Shown: piece after piece, positions 38,398 to 50,600 of the stretch
Position numbering within the stretch: position 1 is the first letter of the stretch
How the letters are laid out: every line of letters starts with the position of its first letter
DNA from: Antedon mediterranea
Lineage: Eukaryota; Animalia; Echinodermata
Assembly: GCF_964355755.1 (NCBI RefSeq)
Contig: NC_092673.1
Span: 10,354,001-10,418,000 of the forward strand
DNA: 64,000 nt
Direction of reading: 5' to 3'
The notes under the pieces: generated by a model
Databases searched by the model: none
What the model was told of the DNA's origin: nothing
Seen by the model: the letters and a program-made list of their open reading frames with translations, nothing else
Position numbers and translations under genes: made by a program

Positions 38398-38922
38398 ATG
38401 GCCAAACGGACAGCACGTAAGACACAGAAACAACAAACAGCACCCAAACAATCCAACAACACTTCTGGGGCTTCTGGTGCACCTAAAAGGAAAGCACAAA
38501 CTACACCTAAACAACTAGCTAAGAAGAAAAAGCTCCCTACCACTGCTTCTACCAGTACAGCTAATACTGACAAAAGTAACGCTTCGGCGGTTTCCGCTGA
38601 GGTCTCGGAAAGGCTGGACAAAATGGAGCACATGATTTCTGGATTGGCCGAGGTAGTTACTAATTTGAGTAAGTGTGGGGAGTCTAATATAGGCATATCC
38701 GATACCACTACTACAATAGCTAATGACGGAGAACTAAACAGCACTCGCTTCTTCGACGACACAACACCAAATACTATATCAGATATTACCACCATGCCAC
38801 TCACTCAAGCACCAGCTAAAGACACATTTATTCCATATACTATTGTTGAAGGAGATGCAGCTCAAAACCCCTCCGGTATACCGGGGGAATTAAGGTCGGA
38901 GCTTTGGTCTCCGACAAATTAA
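38398..38922 (+). CDS. YR-retrotransposon ORF1 (Gag-like), N-terminal part
   Basis: 174 aa ORF with basic low-complexity N-terminus and short coiled-coil (VSERLDKMEHMISGLAEVV); continues by a -1 shift into the next ORF. Confidence 0.7.
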   Translation: MAKRTARKTQKQQTAPKQSNNTSGASGAPKRKAQTTPKQLAKKKKLPTTASTSTANTDKSNASAVSAEVSERLDKMEHMISGLAEVVTNLSKCGESNIGISDTTTTIANDGELNSTRFFDDTTPNTISDITTMPLTQAPAKDTFIPYTIVEGDAAQNPSGIPGELRSELWSPTN

Positions 38923-39530
38923 AAATAAAAATTAAAGACCACAAATATGTTGAGTTCTCAGATATCGTTAACCCAGACGACAGCGATACATTCGCGTTAC
39001 AGTTCAACGGGGGCCTTGAAATGGTGCCAAAAAAGAAAAAACGATTCTTGACCGAACATGAATGGTCCATGGCATTTTACGACTTCGCCACCTTACATCT
39101 AAGCTATCACCCTGCAGATATGCAAGACATTTTCACTTACGCAAAGCAAATCCAAATCATGATGCGAAACAACGCACAAAATTGGCGGTCATACGATGAG
39201 GCTTTTCGGAGAGCTAGGGCACATACCAAATGCTCATGGGCCACAGTACGGGGCGACCTTATTCACAACTTAATGCTACAACGCTATCGCCCACAAAGTC
39301 ATTTTCGGGGCTTTAACACCCCACCTTTCAACAGGAAGACCACCGATTCCCAAATACCACTTGGATACTGCCAACCATACCACACCCCAACGCGAAAGTG
39401 CTCACAACCATACCGCTGTAAGTTCTCTCATAAATGCTTTAAATGCTCCGAAGACAGGCCACACCCATATTTCCTGTGCAAACGAGATAAAAATCAATCA
39501 CGACACCCATCAACAACAACATCCCTCTAA
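38904..39530 (+). CDS. YR-retrotransposon ORF1 (Gag-like), C-terminal part
   Basis: VGALVSDKLKIKI..YVEF, EWSMAF, WRSYDEAFR and C..C..CKFSHKCFKC...HP...C motifs, which I recognise as typical of animal DIRS/Ngaro ORF1. Confidence 0.8.
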   Translation: MVSDKLKIKIKDHKYVEFSDIVNPDDSDTFALQFNGGLEMVPKKKKRFLTEHEWSMAFYDFATLHLSYHPADMQDIFTYAKQIQIMMRNNAQNWRSYDEAFRRARAHTKCSWATVRGDLIHNLMLQRYRPQSHFRGFNTPPFNRKTTDSQIPLGYCQPYHTPTRKCSQPYRCKFSHKCFKCSEDRPHPYFLCKRDKNQSRHPSTTTSL

Positions 39531-39531
39531 C

Positions 39532-39796
39532 ACCGATAACCTACCCAATGTCTATCACGTTAACAACAAAACTAGTTCTAATTCTGATGTAATGCGCATA
39601 ATCAGGCCGTTAGTATTAGTACTACTTACACATAATATACATCTAACCGCCAGGTATTAAAAATGTACTAAGTGATGCAATTTCCCGTTCACAGGTAACA
39701 AAAAAACTTCTCAAACAATTCGGAATGCATCAAAACCCATTAACAATACCACCACATCTGCTACCAGAGAACTTCGCTGCATTCAAGAAAACCTGA
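39532..39796 (+). pseudogene. Remnant of DIRS-type RNase H C-terminus (RT and RH N-terminus deleted)
   Basis: TDNLPNVYHVNNKTSSNSDVMRIIRPLVLVLLTHNIHLTA, then after a frameshift at ~39649 PGIKNVLSDAISRSQ...PLTIPPHLLP*. Matches the DIRS RH pattern DN...M..L.R.L...NI...PG..N..AD.LSR. Confidence 0.8.
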
Positions 39797-39858
39797 TACG
39801 AGCTTCAGTCACGACTGGAACCAGAAAATCATACAACAGGGCGTGGTCAACCTTACTT

Positions 39859-40686
39859 ATGTTCCTACAAAGCCACCACCTACCACATCAAATGCCTATC
39901 TCACCACCCCACATCTCACTATTCGTCTGCCACCTCTTTCGGACAGGTCTCAACCAAAATACCATAAGAACGTATCTAAGTGCCATTGCATTCATGCACA
40001 AAATTACCAACAATCCAGACCCTACTAACATACCATTGTTAAATATTGTCACAAGAGGTGCCGGGAAGCTATACAACGTTGCCAGCCGCCGCCGACGCCT
40101 TTACCCGGTTACCACTACCATAATGGAGAAGCTTCTCGCTCAACTCAAATTTATTAAGAGCAACGAATACGAAAGGAAACTGTATAAAGCTTTGTTCCTC
40201 ACCTGTTACTACGCTTGTGCGAGGGCAAGTGAAATGGTACGGACCAATAATCCGGAACACGTCCTAAAACTTCGCGACATTACCATCTCACACGCTAAGG
40301 TCACCTTCCAATTTAATTCCTTCAAACACCACAAGGGCGATTCCCAACATTTCAGCATTAACAAAAAAGGAAACAGCATGTTATGCCCGGTAAAAGCGTT
40401 ACAGGATTACAATTCGATCAGGCCTACGACGCGGGAGAAATTTTTCATATTTCAAACCGGAGATCCACTACTTAGGAAGCATTTAAGCCACACGTTAAAA
40501 GAAGCCGCGTCACACGCCAACTTAGACCACACCCGGTACAACACACACTCGTTCAGAATCGGAAGGGCCACGCAACTTAGGGACCTGGGCGCAGACGAAC
40601 AAGAAATTAAAGCTACCGGAAGATGGAAAAGCGACGCATATAAGCGATATATCCGACCCCACAGCATAACTCTTAGTAATGACTAA
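39859..40686 (+). CDS. Tyrosine recombinase (phage-integrase family) of the YR retrotransposon; frame open upstream to 39676
   Basis: N-terminal TIRTYLSAIAFMH; catalytic R (ARASE), K (SFK), HSFR, GRW, Y (YKRYIRP); CPVKAL motif. Upstream in-frame TRKSYNRAW overlaps the RH end, as in DIRS-like elements. Confidence 0.93.
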   Translation: MFLQSHHLPHQMPISPPHISLFVCHLFRTGLNQNTIRTYLSAIAFMHKITNNPDPTNIPLLNIVTRGAGKLYNVASRRRRLYPVTTTIMEKLLAQLKFIKSNEYERKLYKALFLTCYYACARASEMVRTNNPEHVLKLRDITISHAKVTFQFNSFKHHKGDSQHFSINKKGNSMLCPVKALQDYNSIRPTTREKFFIFQTGDPLLRKHLSHTLKEAASHANLDHTRYNTHSFRIGRATQLRDLGADEQEIKATGRWKSDAYKRYIRPHSITLSND

Positions 40687-41067
40687 CAAAAATGTACATT
40701 TACATTATAAATCACTTACATCCATGCGACTATTTACGTTTTTTTTCTTCAGTATTGTTTATTGGCGATGTGTTAGTACAAATTTGCTCCCATAGCAGTG
40801 CACGGTAGTGGAGCCCTCGGATTAGCCTGGGGTGGAAGGTGCTGATGCTCAACATACTGTCATGAAGTATCTGCGTATACTTTCATGGGAGCATCGTTGT
40901 ATTAATGGTGATTTTTGTACCTATCAGTCTCTTTGGAGATTTTTCCAGGAAGTCCTGGTAGAACCATTTTTAATTTTTTATCTCAGTTTCAACTGGGTAA
41001 GTGAACATTCTTCCTTGTTTCCTGCACTTTGGTGGGCTGCTCTTGGCGGTGCCTTGGCACCTGCCGC

Positions 41068-41283
41068 GGGCTATTTTTCTCTGAGCATCCCTGTTGTGCT
41101 TACTTAGAATTGGTAAATTATTGCTATATATAACTTATATTTGCTTATGACTTTTATGTGCAGTTTTACATGGGCGAATGTTCATTTACTAATAAACTAT
41201 TTAAGCCAGAACTTATGTTGTATGCATTTTTATTTAGTATTCTATGAGTTTGTTAATCGCCGCCGTCTCCGAGTAGCAAAAAT
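41068..41283 (+). repeat. Split direct repeat B1 (216 bp)
   Basis: GGGCTATTTTTCTCTGAGC...GAGTAGCAAAAAT; 2 mismatches to B2. Confidence 0.95.
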
Positions 41284-41399
41284 TAAGAATTGGGTTAGGA
41301 ACACAATTCTATTTTGAGAACGGAGAGGGCGGGTTTTCGACCTCTTTAATCAAGCACGCTCTCTGTTAACACGATCACATTAAGTTAAAGAAAATTTTC
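41284..41399 (+). repeat. Split direct repeat A2 (116 bp)
   Basis: Copy of A1 abutting B1. Confidence 0.95.
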
Positions 41400-41433
41400 C
41401 CTCCCTCCCGCCCAATATTTAGACAGTTAATAA

Positions 41434-41649
41434 GGGCTATTTTTCTCTGAGCATCCCTGTTGTGCTTACTTAGAATTGGTAAATTATTGCTATATATAAC
41501 TTATATTTGCTTATGACTTTTATGTGCAGTTTTACATGGGCGAATGTTCATTTACTAATAAACTATTTAAGCCTGAACTTATGTTGTATGCATCTTTATT
41601 TAGTATTCTATGAGTTTGTTAATCGCCGCCGTCTCCGAGTAGCAAAAAT
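41434..41649 (+). repeat. Split direct repeat B2 (216 bp), right terminus
   Basis: Copy of B1, followed by resumption of the satellite (AAGCTTTTG). Confidence 0.95.
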
Positions 41650-44600
41650 AAGCTTTTGCACATTTATGTTTTTGTGTGAAAAGTCTCATCGAAATGCACA
41701 AAATTGTATAAAACGTCTCCAAATGCGATTTGAAGCTATTTTGTGCACTTTGATGTTTTGTGTAATGAAACGCACAAAATGGTCTAAAACGTCTCCAAAT
41801 ACGATTTGAAGCTATTTTGTGCACTTTGTTGTTTTTTTGTGAAGAGTTTCATCGAAACGCACAAAATGGTCTAAAACGTCTCCAAATACGATATTAAGCT
41901 ATTGTATGCACTTTGTTGTTTTTGTGTGAAAAGTTTCATCGAAATGCTCAAAATTGTCTAAAACGTCTCCAAATGCGATTTGAAGCTATTTTGTGCACTT
42001 TGATGTTTTTGTGTGAAAAGTTTCATCGAAATGCACAAAATGGTCTAAAACGTCTCCAAATACGATATTAAGCTATTGTATGCACTTTGTTGTTTTTGTG
42101 TGAAAAGTTTCATCGAAATGCTCAAAATGGTCTAAAACGTCTCCAAATGCGATTTGAAGCTATTTTGTGCACTTTGATGTTTTTGTGTGAAAAGTTTCAT
42201 CGAAATGCACAAAATGGTCTAAAACGTCTCTAAATGCGAATTGAAGCTATTTTGTGCACATTGATGTTTTTGTGTGAAAAGTTTGATCGAAATGCACAAA
42301 ATGGTCTAAAACGTCTCCAAATACGATTTGAAGCTATTTTCTGCACTTTGATGTTTTGTTTGAAAAGTTTCATCGAAATGCACAAAAAGTTCTAAAACGT
42401 CTCCAAATACGATATTAAGCTATTGTATGTATCTTGATGTTTTTGTGTGAAAAGTTTTATGGAAATGCTCAAAATGGTCTAAAACGGTCTCAAATGTGAT
42501 TTTAAGCACTTTGATGTTTTTGTGTAATCAAGTTTCATCGAAATGCACAAAATGGTTTAAAACGTCTCCAAATGCGATTTGAAGCTATTTTTTGCACTTT
42601 GATTTTTTGTGTAATGAAACGCACAAAATGGTCTAAAACGTCTCTAAATGCGATTTGAAGCTATTTTGTGCACTTTGTTGTTTTGTGTGAAAAGTTTCAC
42701 CAAAATGCACAAAATGGTCTAAAACGTCTCCAAATACGATATTAAGCTATTGTATGCACTTTGTTGTTTTTGTGTGAAAAGTTTTTTCGAAATACACAAA
42801 ATGGTCTAAAACGTCTCCAAATGCGATTTGGAGCTCTTTTGTGCACTTTGATGTTTTGTGTCAAAAGTTTTATAGAAATGCTCGAAATGGTCTAAAACGG
42901 TTTCAAATGGGATTTTAAGCACTTTCATGTTTTTGTGTAACCAAGTTTCATCGAAATGCACAAAAAAATCTAAAACGTCTCCAAATGCGATTTAAAGTTA
43001 TTTTGTGCACTTTAATGTTTTGTGTGAAAAGTTTTATCTAAATGCTCAAAATGGTCTAAAACGGTTTCAAATGTGATTTTAAGCACTTTGATGTTTTTGT
43101 GTAATCCAGTTTCATCGAAATGTACTAAATTGTCTAAAACCTCTCAAAATGCGATTTGAAGCTATTTTGTGCACTTTGATGTTTTTGTGTGAAAAGTTTC
43201 ATCGAAATGCACAAAATTGTCTAAAACGTCTCCAAATACGATATTAAGCTATTGTATCCACTTTGATGTTTTTGAGTGAAAAGTTTTTTCGAAATGCACA
43301 AAATAGTCTAAAACGTCTCCAAATGCGATTTGGAGTTCTTTTGTGTAGTTTGATGTTTTGTGTAAAAAGTTTTATGGAAATGCTCGAAATGGTCTAAAGC
43401 GTTTTCAAATGTGATTTTAAGCACTTTAATGTTTTGTGTGAAAAGTTTATCGAAATGCTCAAAATGGTCTAAAACGGTTTCAAATGTGATTTTAAGCACT
43501 TTGATATTTTTGTGTAATCAAGTTTTTTCGAAATGCACAACATGGTCTAAAACGTCTCCAAATGCGATTTGAAGCTATTTTGTGCACTTTTATGTTTTGT
43601 GTGAAAAGTTTCATCGAAATGCACAAAATGGTCTAAAACGTCTCCAAATGCGATTTAAACCTATTGTATGTACTTTGATGTTTTTGTCTGAAAAGTTTTC
43701 ACAAAATGCACAACATTTTCTAAAACGTCTCTAAATGCGATTTGAAGTTATTTTGTGCACTTTGATGTTTTGTGTGAAAGTTTTATCGAAATGCTGAAAA
43801 TGGTCTAAAACGGTTTCAAATGTGATTTTAAGCACTTTGATATTTTTGTGTAATCAAGTTTAATCGAAATGCACAAAATGGTCTAAAACGTCTCCAAATG
43901 CGATTTGAAGCTATTTTGTGCACTTTGATGTTTTTGTGTGAAAAGTTTCATCGAAATGCACAAAATTGTCTAAAACGTCTCCAAATACGATATTAAGCTA
44001 TTGTATCCACTTTGATGTTTTTGAGTGAAAAGTTTTTTCGAAATGCACAAAATAGTCTAAAACGTCTCCAAATGCGATTTGGAGTTCTTTTGTGTAGTTT
44101 GATGTTTTGTGTAAAAAGTTTTATGGAAATGCTCGAAATGGTCTAAAGCGTTTTCAAATGTGATTTTAAGCACTTTAATGTTTTGTGTGAAAAGTTTATC
44201 GAAATGCTCAAAATGGTCTAAAACGGTTTCAAATGTGATTTTAAGCACTTTGATATTTTTGTGTAATCAAGTTTTTTCGAAATGCACAACATGGTCTAAA
44301 ACGTCTCCAAATGCGATTTGAAGCTATTTTGTGCACTTTTATGTTTTGTGTGAAAAGTTTCATCGAAATGCACAAAATGGTCTAAAACGTCTCCAAATGC
44401 GATTTAAACCTATTGTATGTACTTTGAGGTTTTTGTCTGAAAAGTTTTCACAAAATGCACAACATTTTCTAAAACGTCTCTAAATGCGATTTGAAGTTAT
44501 TTTGTGCACTTTGATGTTTTGTGTGAAAGTTTTATCGAAATGCTGAAAATGGTCTAAAACGGTTTCAAATGTGATTTTAAGCACTTTGATATTTTTGTGT

Positions 44601-47600
44601 AATCAAGTTTAATCGAAATGCACAAAATGGTCTAAAACGTCTCCAAATGCGATTTGAAGCTATTTTGTGCACTTTGATGGTTTTGTGTGAAAAGTTTCAT
44701 CGAAATGCACAAAATAGTCAAAAACGTCTCCAAATACGATAATAAGCTTTTGTATGCACATTGATGTTTTTGTGTGAAAAGTCTCATCAATATGCACAAA
44801 ATGGTCGAAAACGTCTCCAAATGCGATTTGAAGCTATTTTGTGCACTTTGATGTTTTGTGTAATGAAACGCACAAAATGGTCTAAAACGTCTCCAAATGC
44901 GATTTGAAGCTATTTTGTGCACTTTGATGTTTTGTGTAAAAAGTTTTATAGAAATGCACAAAAAGGTCTAAAACGGTTTCAAATGTGATTTTAAGCACTT
45001 TGATATTTTTGTTTAACCAAGTTTCATCGAAATGCACAAAATGGTCTAAAACGTCTCCAAATGCGATTTGAAGCTATTTTGTGCACTTTGATGTTTTTGT
45101 GTGAAAAGTTTCATCGAAATGCACAAAATGGTCTAAAACGTCTCTAAATGCGATTTGAAGCTATTTTGTGCACTTTGTTGTTTTGTGTGAAAAGTTTCAC
45201 CAAAATGCACAAAATGGTCTAAAACGTCTCCAAATACGATATTAAGCTATTGTATGCACTTTGTTGTTTTTGTGTGAAAAGTTTTTTCGAAATACACAAA
45301 ATGGTCTAAAACGTCTCCAAATGCGATTTGGAGCTCTTTTGTGCACTTTGATGTTTTGTGTCAAAAGTTTTATAGAAATGCTCGAAATGGTCTGAAACGG
45401 TTTCAAATGTGATTTTAAGCACTTTGATGTTTTTGTGTAACCAAGTTTCATCGAAATGCACAAAAAAATCTAAAACGTCTCCAAATGCGATTTAAAGTTA
45501 TTTTGTGCACTTTAATGTTTTGTGTGAAAAGTTTTATCGAAATGCTCAAAATGGTCTAAAACGGTTTCAAATGTGATTTTAAGCACTTTGATGTTTTTGT
45601 GTAATCAAGTTTCATCGAAATGCACAAAATGGTTTAAAACGTCTGCAAATGCGATTTGAAGCTATTTTGTGCACTTTGATGTTTTGTGTAATCCAGTTTC
45701 ATCGAAATGTACTAAATTGTCTAAAACCTCTCAAAATGCGATTTGAAGCTATTTTGTTCACTTTGATGTTTTTGTGTGAAAAGTTTCATCGAAATGCACA
45801 AAATTGTCTAAAACGTCTCCAAATACGATATTAAGCTATTGTATCCACTTTGATGTTTTTGAGTGAAAAGTTTTTTCGAAATGCACAAAATGGTCTAAAA
45901 CGTCTCCAAATGCGATTTGGAGTTCTTTTGTGTAGTTTGATGTTTTGTGTAAAAAGTTTTATGGAAATGCTCGAAATGGTCTAAAGCGTTTTCAAATGTG
46001 ATTTTAAGCACTTTAATGTTTTGTGTGAAAAGTTTTATCGAAATGCTCAAAATGGTCTAAAACGGTTTCAAATGTGATTTTAAGCACTTTGATATTTTTG
46101 TGTAATCAAGTTTTTTCGAAATGCACAACATGTTCTAAAACGTCTCCAAATGCGATTTGAAGCTATTTTGTGCACTTTTATGTTTTGTGTGAAAAGTTTC
46201 ATCGAAATGCACAAAATGGTCTAAAACGTCTCCAAATGCGATTTGAACCTATTGTATGTACTTTGATGTTTTTGTCTGAAAAGTTTTCACGAAATGCACA
46301 ACATTTTCTAAAACGTCTCTAAATGCGATTTGAAGTTATTTTGTGCACTTTGATGTTTTGTGTGAAAGTTTTATCGAAATGCTGAAAATGGTCTAAAACG
46401 GTTTCAAATGTGATTTTAAGCACTTTGATATTTTTGTGTAATCAAGTTTAATCGAAATGCACAAAATGGTCTCAAACGTCTCCAAATGCGATTTGAAGCT
46501 ATTTTGTGCACTTTGATGGTTTTGTGTGAAAAGTTTCATCGAAATGCACAAAATAGTCAAAAACGTCTCCAAATACGATAATAAGCTTTTGTATGCACAT
46601 TGATGTTTTTGTGTGAAAAGTCTCATCAATATGCACAAAATGGTCGAAAACGTCTCCAAATGCGATTTGAAGCTATTTTGTGCACTTTGATGTTTTGTGT
46701 AATGAAACGCACAAAATGGTCTAAAACGTCTCCAAATGCGATTTGAAGCTATTTTGTGCACTTTGATGTTTTGTGTAAAAAGTTTTATAGAAATTCACAA
46801 AATGGTCTAAAACGGTTTCAAATGTGATTTTAAGCACTTTGATATTTTTGTTTAACCAAGTTTCATCGAAATGCACAAAATGGTCTAAAACGTCTCCAAA
46901 TGCGATTTGAAGCGATTTTGTGCACTTTGATGTTTTTGTGTGAAAAGTTTCTTCGAAATGCACAAAATGGTCTAAAACGTCTCCAAATGCGATTTAAAGC
47001 TATTTTGTGCACTTTAATGTTTTGTGTGAAAAGTTTTATCGAAATGCTCAAGATGGTCTAAAACTGTTTCAAATGTGATTTTAAGCACTTTGATGTTTTT
47101 GTGTAATCAAGTTTCATCGAAATGCACAAAATGGTTTAAAACGTCTGCAAATGCGATTTGAAGCCATTTTGTGCACTTTGATGTTTTGTGTAATCCAGTT
47201 TCATCGAAATGTACAAAATTGTCTTAAACCTCTCAAAATGCGATTTGAAGCTATTTTGTGCACTTTGATGTTTTTGTGTGAAAAGTTTTTTCGAAATGCA
47301 CAAAATTGTCTAAAACGGTTTCAAATGTGATTTTAAGCACTTTGATATTTTTGTGTAATCAAGTTTTTTCGAAATGCACAACATGGTCTAAAACGTCTCC
47401 AAATGCGATTTGAAGCTATTTTGTGCACTTTGTTGTTTTTTGTGAAAAGTTTCATCGAAACGCACAAAATTGTCTTAAACCTCTCCAAATGCGATTTGAA
47501 GCTATTTTGTGCACTTTGATGTTTTTGTGTGAAAAGTTTCATCGAAATGCACAAAATGGTCTAAAACGTCTCTAAATGCGATTTGAAGCTATTTTGTGCA

Positions 47601-50600
47601 CTTTGTTGTTTTTTGTGACAAGTTTCATCGAAACGCACAGAATTGTCTAAAACGTCTCCAAATACGATAAAGCTATTGTATGCACTTTGTTGTTTTTTTG
47701 TGAAAAGTTTCATCGAAATGCTCAAAATGGTCTAAAACGTCTCCAAATGCGATTTGAAGCTATTTTGTGCACTTTGAGTTTTTTGTGTGAAAAGTTTCAT
47801 CGAAATGCACAAAATGGTCTAAAACGTCTCTAAATGCGATTTGAAGCTATTTTGTGCACATTGATGTTTTTGTGTGAAAAGTTTGATCGAAATGCACAAA
47901 ATGGTCTAAAACGTCTGCAAATGCGATTTGAAGCTATTTTGTGCACTTTGATGTTTTGTGTAATCCAGTTTCATCGAAATGTACAAAATTGTCTAAAACC
48001 TCTCAAAATGCGATTTGAAGCTATTTTGTGCACTTTGATGTTTTTGTGTGAAAAGTTTCATCGAAATGCACAAAATTGTCTAAAACGTCTCCAAATACGA
48101 TATTAAGCTATTGTATGCACTTTGATGTTTTTGTGTGAAAGTTTTTTCGAAATGCACAAAATGGTCTAAAACGTCTCCAAATGCGATTTGGAGCTCTTTT
48201 GTGCACTTTGATGTTTTGTGTAAAAAGTTTTATAGAAATGCTCGAAATGGTCTAAAACGTTTTCAAATGTGATTTTAAGCACTTTAATGTTTTGTGTGAA
48301 AAGTTTCATCGAAATGCTCAAAATGGTCTAAAACGGTTTCAAATGTGATTTTAAGCACTTTGATATTTTTGTGTAATCAAGTTTTTTGGAAATGCACAAC
48401 ATGGTCTAAAACGTCTCCAAATGCGATTTGAAGCTATTTAGTGCACTTTGATGTTTTGTGTAATGAAACGCACAAAATGGTCTAAAACGTCTCCAAATGC
48501 GATTTGAAGCTATTTTGTGCACTTTGTTGTTTTGTGTGAAAATTTTCATCGAAATGCACAAAATTGTCTAAAACGTCTCCAAATACGATTTGAAGCTATT
48601 TTGTTCACTTTTATGTTTTTGTGTGAAAAGTTTCATCGAAATGGACAAAATGTTCTAAAACGTCTCCAAATACGATATTAAGCTATTGTATGTATTTTGA
48701 TGTTTTTGTGTGAAAAGTTTTATCGAAATGCACAAAATGGTCTAAAACGTCTGCAAATGCGATTTGAAGCTATTTTGTGTAGTTTGATGTTTTGTGTAAA
48801 AAGTTTTATGGAAATGCTCGAAATGGTCTAAAGCGTTTTCAAATGTGATTTTAAGCACTTTAATGTTTTGTGTGAAAAGTTTTATCGAAATGCTCAAAAT
48901 GGTCTAAAACGGTTTCAAATGTGATTTTAAGCACTTTGATATTTTTGTGTAATCAAGTTTTTTCGAAATGCACAACATGTTCTAAAACGTCTCCAAATGC
49001 GATTTGAAGCTATTTTGTGCACTTTTATGTTTTGTGTGAAAAGTTTCATCGAAATGCACAAAATGGTCTAAAACGTCTCCAAATGCGATTTGAACCTATT
49101 GTATGTACTTTGATGTTTTTGTCTGAAAAGTTTTCACGAAATGCACAACATTTTCTAAAACGTCTCTAAATGCGATTTGAAGTTATTTTGTGCACTTTGA
49201 TGTTTTGTGTGAAAGTTTTATCGAAATGCTGAAAATGGTCTAAAACGGTTTCAAATGTGATTTTAAGCACTTTGATGTTTTTGTGTGAAAAGTTTCATCG
49301 AAATGCACAAAATGGTCTAAAACGTCTCTAAATGCGATTTGAAGCTATTTTGTGCACTTTGTTGTTTTTTGTGACAAGTTTCATCGAAACGCACAGAATT
49401 GTCTAAAACGTCTCCAAATACGATAAAGCTATTGTATGCACTTTGTTGTTTTTTTGTGAAAAGTTTCATCGAAATGCTCAAAATGGTCTAAAACGTCTCC
49501 AAATGCGATTTGAAGCTATTTTGTGCACTTTGAGTTTTTTGTGTGAAAAGTTTCATCGAAATGCACAAAATGGTCTAAAACGTCTCTAAATGCGATTTGA
49601 AGCTATTTTGTGCACATTGATGTTTTTGTGTGAAAAGTTTGATCGAAATGCACAAAATGGTCTAAAACGTCTGCAAATGCGATTTGAAGCTATTTTGTGC
49701 ACTTTGATGTTTTGTGTAATCCAGTTTCATCGAAATGTACAAAATTGTCTAAAACCTCTCAAAATGCGATTTGAAGCTATTTTGTGCACTTTGATGTTTT
49801 TGTGTGAAAAGTTTCATCGAAATGCACAAAATGGTCTAAAACGTCTCCAAATGCGATTTGGAGCTCTTTTGTGCACTTTGATGTTTTGTGTAAAAAGTTT
49901 TATAGAAATGCTCGAAATGGTCTAAAACGTTTTCAAATGTGATTTTAAGCACTTTAATGTTTTGTGTGAAAAGTTTCATCGAAATGCTCAAAATGGTCTA
50001 AAACGGTTTCAAATGTGATTTTAAGCACTTTGATATTTTTGTGTAATCAAGTTTTTTGGAAATGCACAACATGGTCTAAAACGTCTCCAAATGCGATTTG
50101 AAGCTATTTTGTGCACTTTGATGTTTTGTGTAATGAAACGCACAAAATGGTCTAAAACGTCTCCAAATGCGATTTGAAGCTATATTGTGCACTTTGAAGT
50201 TTTGTGTGAAAAGTTTAACCAAAATGCACAAAATGGTCTAAAACGTCTCCAAATCCGTTTTGAAGCTAATCTAAGCACTTTGATGTTTTTATGTTAACAA
50301 GTTTTTTCGAAATGCACAAAATGGTCTAAAACGTCTCCAAATACGATTTGAAGCTCTTTTGTGCACTTTGATGTTTTGTGTAAAAAGTTTTATAGAAATG
50401 CACAAAATGGTCTAAAACGGTTTCAAATGTGATTTTAAGCACTTTGATATTTTTGTTTAACCAAGTTTCATCGAAATGCACAAAATGGTCTAAAACGTCT
50501 CCAAATGCGATTTGAAGCTATTTTGTGCACTTTGTTGTTTTGTGTGAAACGTTTCATCGAAATGCACAAAATGGTCTAAAACGTCTCCAAATGCGATTTG

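Larger units (their letters stand above)
36661..41649 (+). mobile_element. Tyrosine-recombinase retrotransposon with split direct repeats (DIRS order, Ngaro/PAT-like), RT-deleted non-autonomous copy
   Basis: A1...B1-A2-B2 repeat layout; Gag-like ORF with terminal Cys/His cluster; RNase H C-terminal remnant; intact YR; integration via a shared AAT core. Confidence 0.92.

Noticed and set aside
39859-40686. Prophage/integron integrase or Crypton DNA transposon
   Set aside because: Flanked by a Gag-like ORF, an RNase H remnant and A-B-A-B split repeats, which identify a DIRS-order retroelement.
40832-41824. ORFs 40832..41107, 41507..41809 and 41600..41824
   Set aside because: They overlap terminal repeats or read into the satellite; no motifs.
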